This document shows, one piece after another, positions 37,905 to 41,331 of a stretch of DNA of 41,331 nucleotides. Made by a program: the position numbers and the translations under genes. This stretch comes from Octopus bimaculoides. Its lineage: Eukaryota. The notes beneath the pieces are model-generated. The model made no database searches, was not told where the DNA came from, and saw only the letters and a program-made list of their open reading frames with translations. How positions within the stretch are numbered: position 1 is the first letter of the stretch; the number at the start of each line of letters is the position of its first letter. Location: NCBI RefSeq assembly GCF_001194135.2, contig NC_069006.1, positions 3,557,823 to 3,599,153 of the forward strand, written 5' to 3'.

Positions 37905-39062
37905 ACAGAATAGGCACAGGCGTGGCTGTTGTAAGAAGCTTGCTTCCCGACCACATGGTTCCAGGTTCAGTCCCACTGCATGGCACCATGGACAAGTGTC
38001 TTCTACTGTAGCCTTAGGTCAACCAAAGCCTTTTGATTTGGTAAACAAAAACTTAAAGAAGCTTGTCATGTATATATCTTTTCGTTCTTGGACTCCCCAA
38101 GCTCGCACGTACTTCTTTGCCCCTCCTGTTCGTGCTTCACAGCGTTCAAGACATACACGCTTCACGTCTGGCTGTACAGCCTTTTGTTTGTTTATTTCAC
38201 CGTTTCGTTTTCCTGTCTTGTTTTCCGTCCGCCACTNNNNNNNNNNNNNNNNNNNNNNNNNNNNNNNNNNNNNNNNNNNNNNNNNNNNNNNNNNNNNNNN
38301 NNNNNNNNNNNNNNNNNNNNNNNNNNNNNNNNNNNNNNNNNNNNNNNNNNNNNNNNNNNNNNNNNNNNNNNNNNNNNNNNNNNNNNNNNNNNNNNNNNNN
38401 NNNNNNNNNNNNNNNNNNNNNNNNNNNNNNNNNNNNNNNNNNNNNNNNNNNNNNNNNNNNNNNNNNNNNNNNNNNNNNNNNNNNNNNNNNNNNNNNNNNN
38501 NNNNNNNNNNNNNNNNNNNNNNNNNNNNNNNNNNNNNNNNNNNNNNNNNNNNNNNNNNNNNNNNNNNNNNNNNNNNNNNNNNNNNNNNNNNNNNNNNNNN
38601 NNNNNNNNNNNNNNNNNNNNNNNNNNNNNNNNNNNNNNNNNNNNNNNNNNNNNNNNNNNNNNNNNNNNNNNNNNNNNNNNNNNNNNNNNNNNNNNNNNNN
38701 NNNNNNNNNNNNNNNNNNNNNNNNNNNNNNNNNNNNNNNNNNNNNNNNNNNNNNNNNNNNNNNNNNNNNNNNNNNNNNNNNNNNNNNNNNNNNNNNNNNN
38801 NNNATATATATATATATATACATATATATATCTATACATATATATCTGTGTGTGTGCTTTTGTGTTTGTACCCCCATCACTGCTTGACAACCAGTGTTGG
38901 TGTGTTTACGTCCCTGTAACTTAGTGGTTTGGCAAAAGAGACTAATAGGATAAGTAGTAGGCTTATGAAGAATAAGTCCTGGGGTTGATTTGTTTGACTA
39001 ATACTCTTCAAGGCGGTGCTCCAGCATGGCTGCAGTCAAATGACTGAAATGAGTAAAAGAAT
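37905..39062 (+). mobile_element. SINE family A split at its internal microsatellite (head 37905-38068, 3' half 38810-39062)
   Basis: The head and 3' half are recognisable on either side of an unrelated insert and a gap. Confidence 0.65.
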
Positions 39063-39065
39063 ATA

Positions 39066-39330
39066 TACGTGGTCTGATCAATAAGTATCCGGACTGTTGC
39101 CATAGTAACAAACCTAAAGCATGCAGAGTGAAGCCACATGGCACAGATTGACCTCGAGCTCTGCTGTGCATGTGCACTAAATTTTAATATTCTGGCTCAC
39201 TTCCGCTGTTTACAGCAGTGCTTGGAAGGAAGGCGTGTAGTGTGTGATCATCGCATTGACCATGACAGAGAAAGTTAAGCAGAAAATCTGCATCAAATTT
39301 TGCCAAAAGCTTGGCGATACTTACTCAGAG
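39066..39330 (+). mobile_element. Mariner left end with transposase start (MTEKVKQKICIKFCQKLGDTYSE), truncated
   Basis: Begins TA-CGTGGTCTGATCAATAAGTATCCGGACT. ATG at 39262 gives a mariner-type N-terminus (Q.ICIKFC.KLG). No right TIR was seen. Confidence 0.7.
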
Positions 39331-39740
39331 GTCAAAGTTCAAACCACCTAGCTGTGAATAGACACCATGTGTACATACATAGGTAACAGCCAATACAGTA
39401 AGAAACGGGAGCACTATTTAATTAACAAATGTTTTGTTAATTTCCAGTGTTAGGTTCAAGTAGGTACATGTGTGTTCAACTTTATGGGAATGTGGGGCTG
39501 AACTGCTTCAGTTTCCAACCTCTGACTGCTGACCTTTGACCTGACTTAGATTGTGTCAGAGGTGTTTTTTTTCATATCAGTCTATTCCCTGGTTCTTGGT
39601 ACGATAGGTGTGCACATGCATGTGTGCATGCACAATATCAACAATCCTTCGTGTAAAAGGTGGTTACCTGTGGTCAAAGTGTTGGATTTACAACCTGGAG
39701 AAGAATGGTTCAACTCCCACTACAGTCATTGTGTATTTGT

Positions 39741-39922
39741 CATTACCTCAGTTCACCCAGCTACCAAGAACATGTACAAGAGAGAGTGAGCAAGAATGAC
39801 TAGCAACATATCCCAGGACAGCTTGGATAGTACACCAGCTTCCACATTACCTCAGTTCACTGAACTACCAGGAGCATGTATAAGAGAGAGTGAGTGAGAG
39901 TGACTAGCAACATATCCAGGGA
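39741..39922 (+). repeat. 104-bp-period tandem duplication inside a degenerate SINE
   Basis: CATTACCTCAGTTCAC...ACATGTA.AAGAGAGAGTGAG...TGACTAGCAACATATCC at 39741 and again at 39845. Confidence 0.7.
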
Positions 39923-40220
39923 TAAATCTATTACACATTTAAGTCCATGAAACCATTTCTAAGCAGTGTTCTAAATTGTTAACTCTAACTCCTTGTTACT
40001 TAGACCTCCCCAGGTTCAGGTAGGTAAGTGTCCATGACTAACAGATGCTCATGGCTGGATTGAGACCCATCAAAGCCCTAAGCATTTAAAAAGGTTTTGG
40101 TGTCCCCATAAAAGATTATGTCATTCAAAATATGAACAATAACAAACCATAAAATAAATTTTTATTTTTCAAACAAAACAGTAAGAGGGAAAATAATGTC
40201 TATTTTTGTCTACTTCCACT

Positions 40221-40400
40221 TTATTTATATTTGAAAAGTTTCCTCCTACTTTTTTGAATTGCAAAGTCTTTGATCAGATCCTCAAAATTAATCTTCGGTA
40301 ACACATCTGCATTCATAATTAGCAGAGATAAAGGCATCCCGAATATTATTTTAGCAGGTTTAAAGTAATTTCTTTTGTGCTGTAAACCATTTACCATTTC
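40221..40400 (-). mobile_element. hAT transposase C-terminal (dimerisation-domain) relic
   Basis: The minus strand ends LSLLIMNADVLPKINFEDLIKDFAIQKSRRKLFK, matching the typical hAT C-terminal pattern L.LL.IE..V...I.F.D.I.DFA..K.R(K). Confidence 0.6.
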
Positions 40401-40501
40401 TTTGGCACCCCCTCCTTCCCTTGATGTCCTAAGCATGTGCCTATTTTGTTTAATGGTTAATCCAGCGCTGTAGATGCTAACTCCCTAATTTATTGTTGCA
40501 G

Positions 40502-40620
40502 GTATGCTGAAACGAAAGACCTTAGTATTGGATCTTGATGAAACTTTAATCCACTCCCACCATGATGGAGTTTTACGTCAAACAGTGAAACCAGGGACTC
40601 CACCAGACTTTGTATTAAAG
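40502..40620 (+). CDS. CTDNEP1: CTDNEP1/Dullard catalytic exon, (S)[39 protein letters not shown]
   Basis: Acceptor ttgttgcAG (40500-1), CTAAC at 40477-81, donor GTAAGT at 40621; 119 nt. Contains the HAD/FCP-SCP motif DLDET (40531-45) followed by LIHSHHDG...PGTPPDF, which is diagnostic of CTDNEP1 rather than other CTD phosphatases. Confidence 0.97.
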
Positions 40621-40734
40621 GTAAGTGGCATTAAGTAAAGGTAATTGCTTAACTTGTCATTATACCTGCACACCACACACACATACATACACTTTTAATT
40701 GGCTCTTGAATCACTTACTGCTTATTAAAAATTA

Positions 40735-40875
<141 letters not shown>

Positions 40876-40976
40876 TTAAATAATGAGGGTAGAAATTAAT
40901 ATTAATTAAATTAATATCAATTTAAACCAGTGGCCTAGCATATTTTAAAAAATCCAAAGATTCAGAAAAATTATAT

Positions 40977-41281
40977 TACATACAAATAGGAGGAATGACC
41001 ACTAGGTGGATTCCTAATATGCTAGAGGAAGACTCCATATGGTCTGACCACTAAGAAAAATTGTTCTCAAGAAATTTTAGCAAACACCAGAACGTAAAGC
41101 TAGCAAGACAAATGAAAAGATACAAAATTTGGTGATGTATCTTTTCATTTGTCTTGCTCACTTTACGTTCTGGCATTTGCCAAAATTTCTTGAGAACAAT
41201 TTTTCTTAGTGGTCAGACCATATGGAGTCTTCCTCTAGCATATCAGGAATCCACCTAGTGGTCATTTCTCTTACTTGTATG

Positions 41282-41283
<2 letters not shown>
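40977..41283. mobile_element. Foldback/MITE: 148-bp inverted arms with an 11-bp spacer, TA-flanked
   Basis: Arm 40977-41124 versus arm 41136-41283 shows 9 mismatches and no indels by manual comparison. Ends are TACATAC...GTATGTA next to (TA)n. Confidence 0.85.
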
Positions 41284-41322
<39 letters not shown>

Positions 41323-41331
41323 TCAATAATA

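Larger units (their letters stand above)
27076..40501 (+). other. CTDNEP1: CTDNEP1 intron (13,426 bp, GT-AG, phase 1)
   Basis: The flanking exons join in frame and colinearly with the known protein, so no intervening coding exon is needed. Confidence 0.88.

Noticed and set aside
40502-40620. Lys codons at positions where human has Arg, as A-to-I recoding sites
   Set aside because: Lys/Arg exchange is common between orthologues, and editing cannot be inferred from genomic DNA alone.

Overview
Eukaryotic, AT-rich, repeat-dense draft-assembly sequence with nine N-gaps. The tRNA-derived SINE families and microsatellite load suggest an octopod cephalopod (inference). The only host gene I can support is CTDNEP1/Dullard (CTD nuclear envelope phosphatase 1) on the + strand. 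It is seen as two short exons that the ORF track misses: 27009-27075 (67 nt) and 40502-40620 (119 nt, containing the DLDET catalytic motif), separated by a 13.4 kb intron. The first coding exon was not found (upstream of the window or in a gap), and later exons lie downstream. The rest is intronic or intergenic repeat: several SINE families, two R4/Dong-like non-LTR fragments, RTE and Tx1/L1-like 3' ends, Penelope-like fragments, a Tc1/mariner (probably maT) transposase relic, two mariner left ends, hAT relics and MITEs, three long foldback elements and many microsatellites. The most notable patterns are (i) three unrelated long hairpins in or near the CTDNEP1 transcription unit, (ii) head-to-tail SINE arrays whose (ATT)n spacers hold R4/Dong-like insertions, both antisense to the array, and (iii) a hammerhead-ribozyme-like motif with a variant core in two Penelope-like termini. 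I see no clearly new protein-coding system. Repeat boundaries are approximate unless TSDs or TIRs are given.
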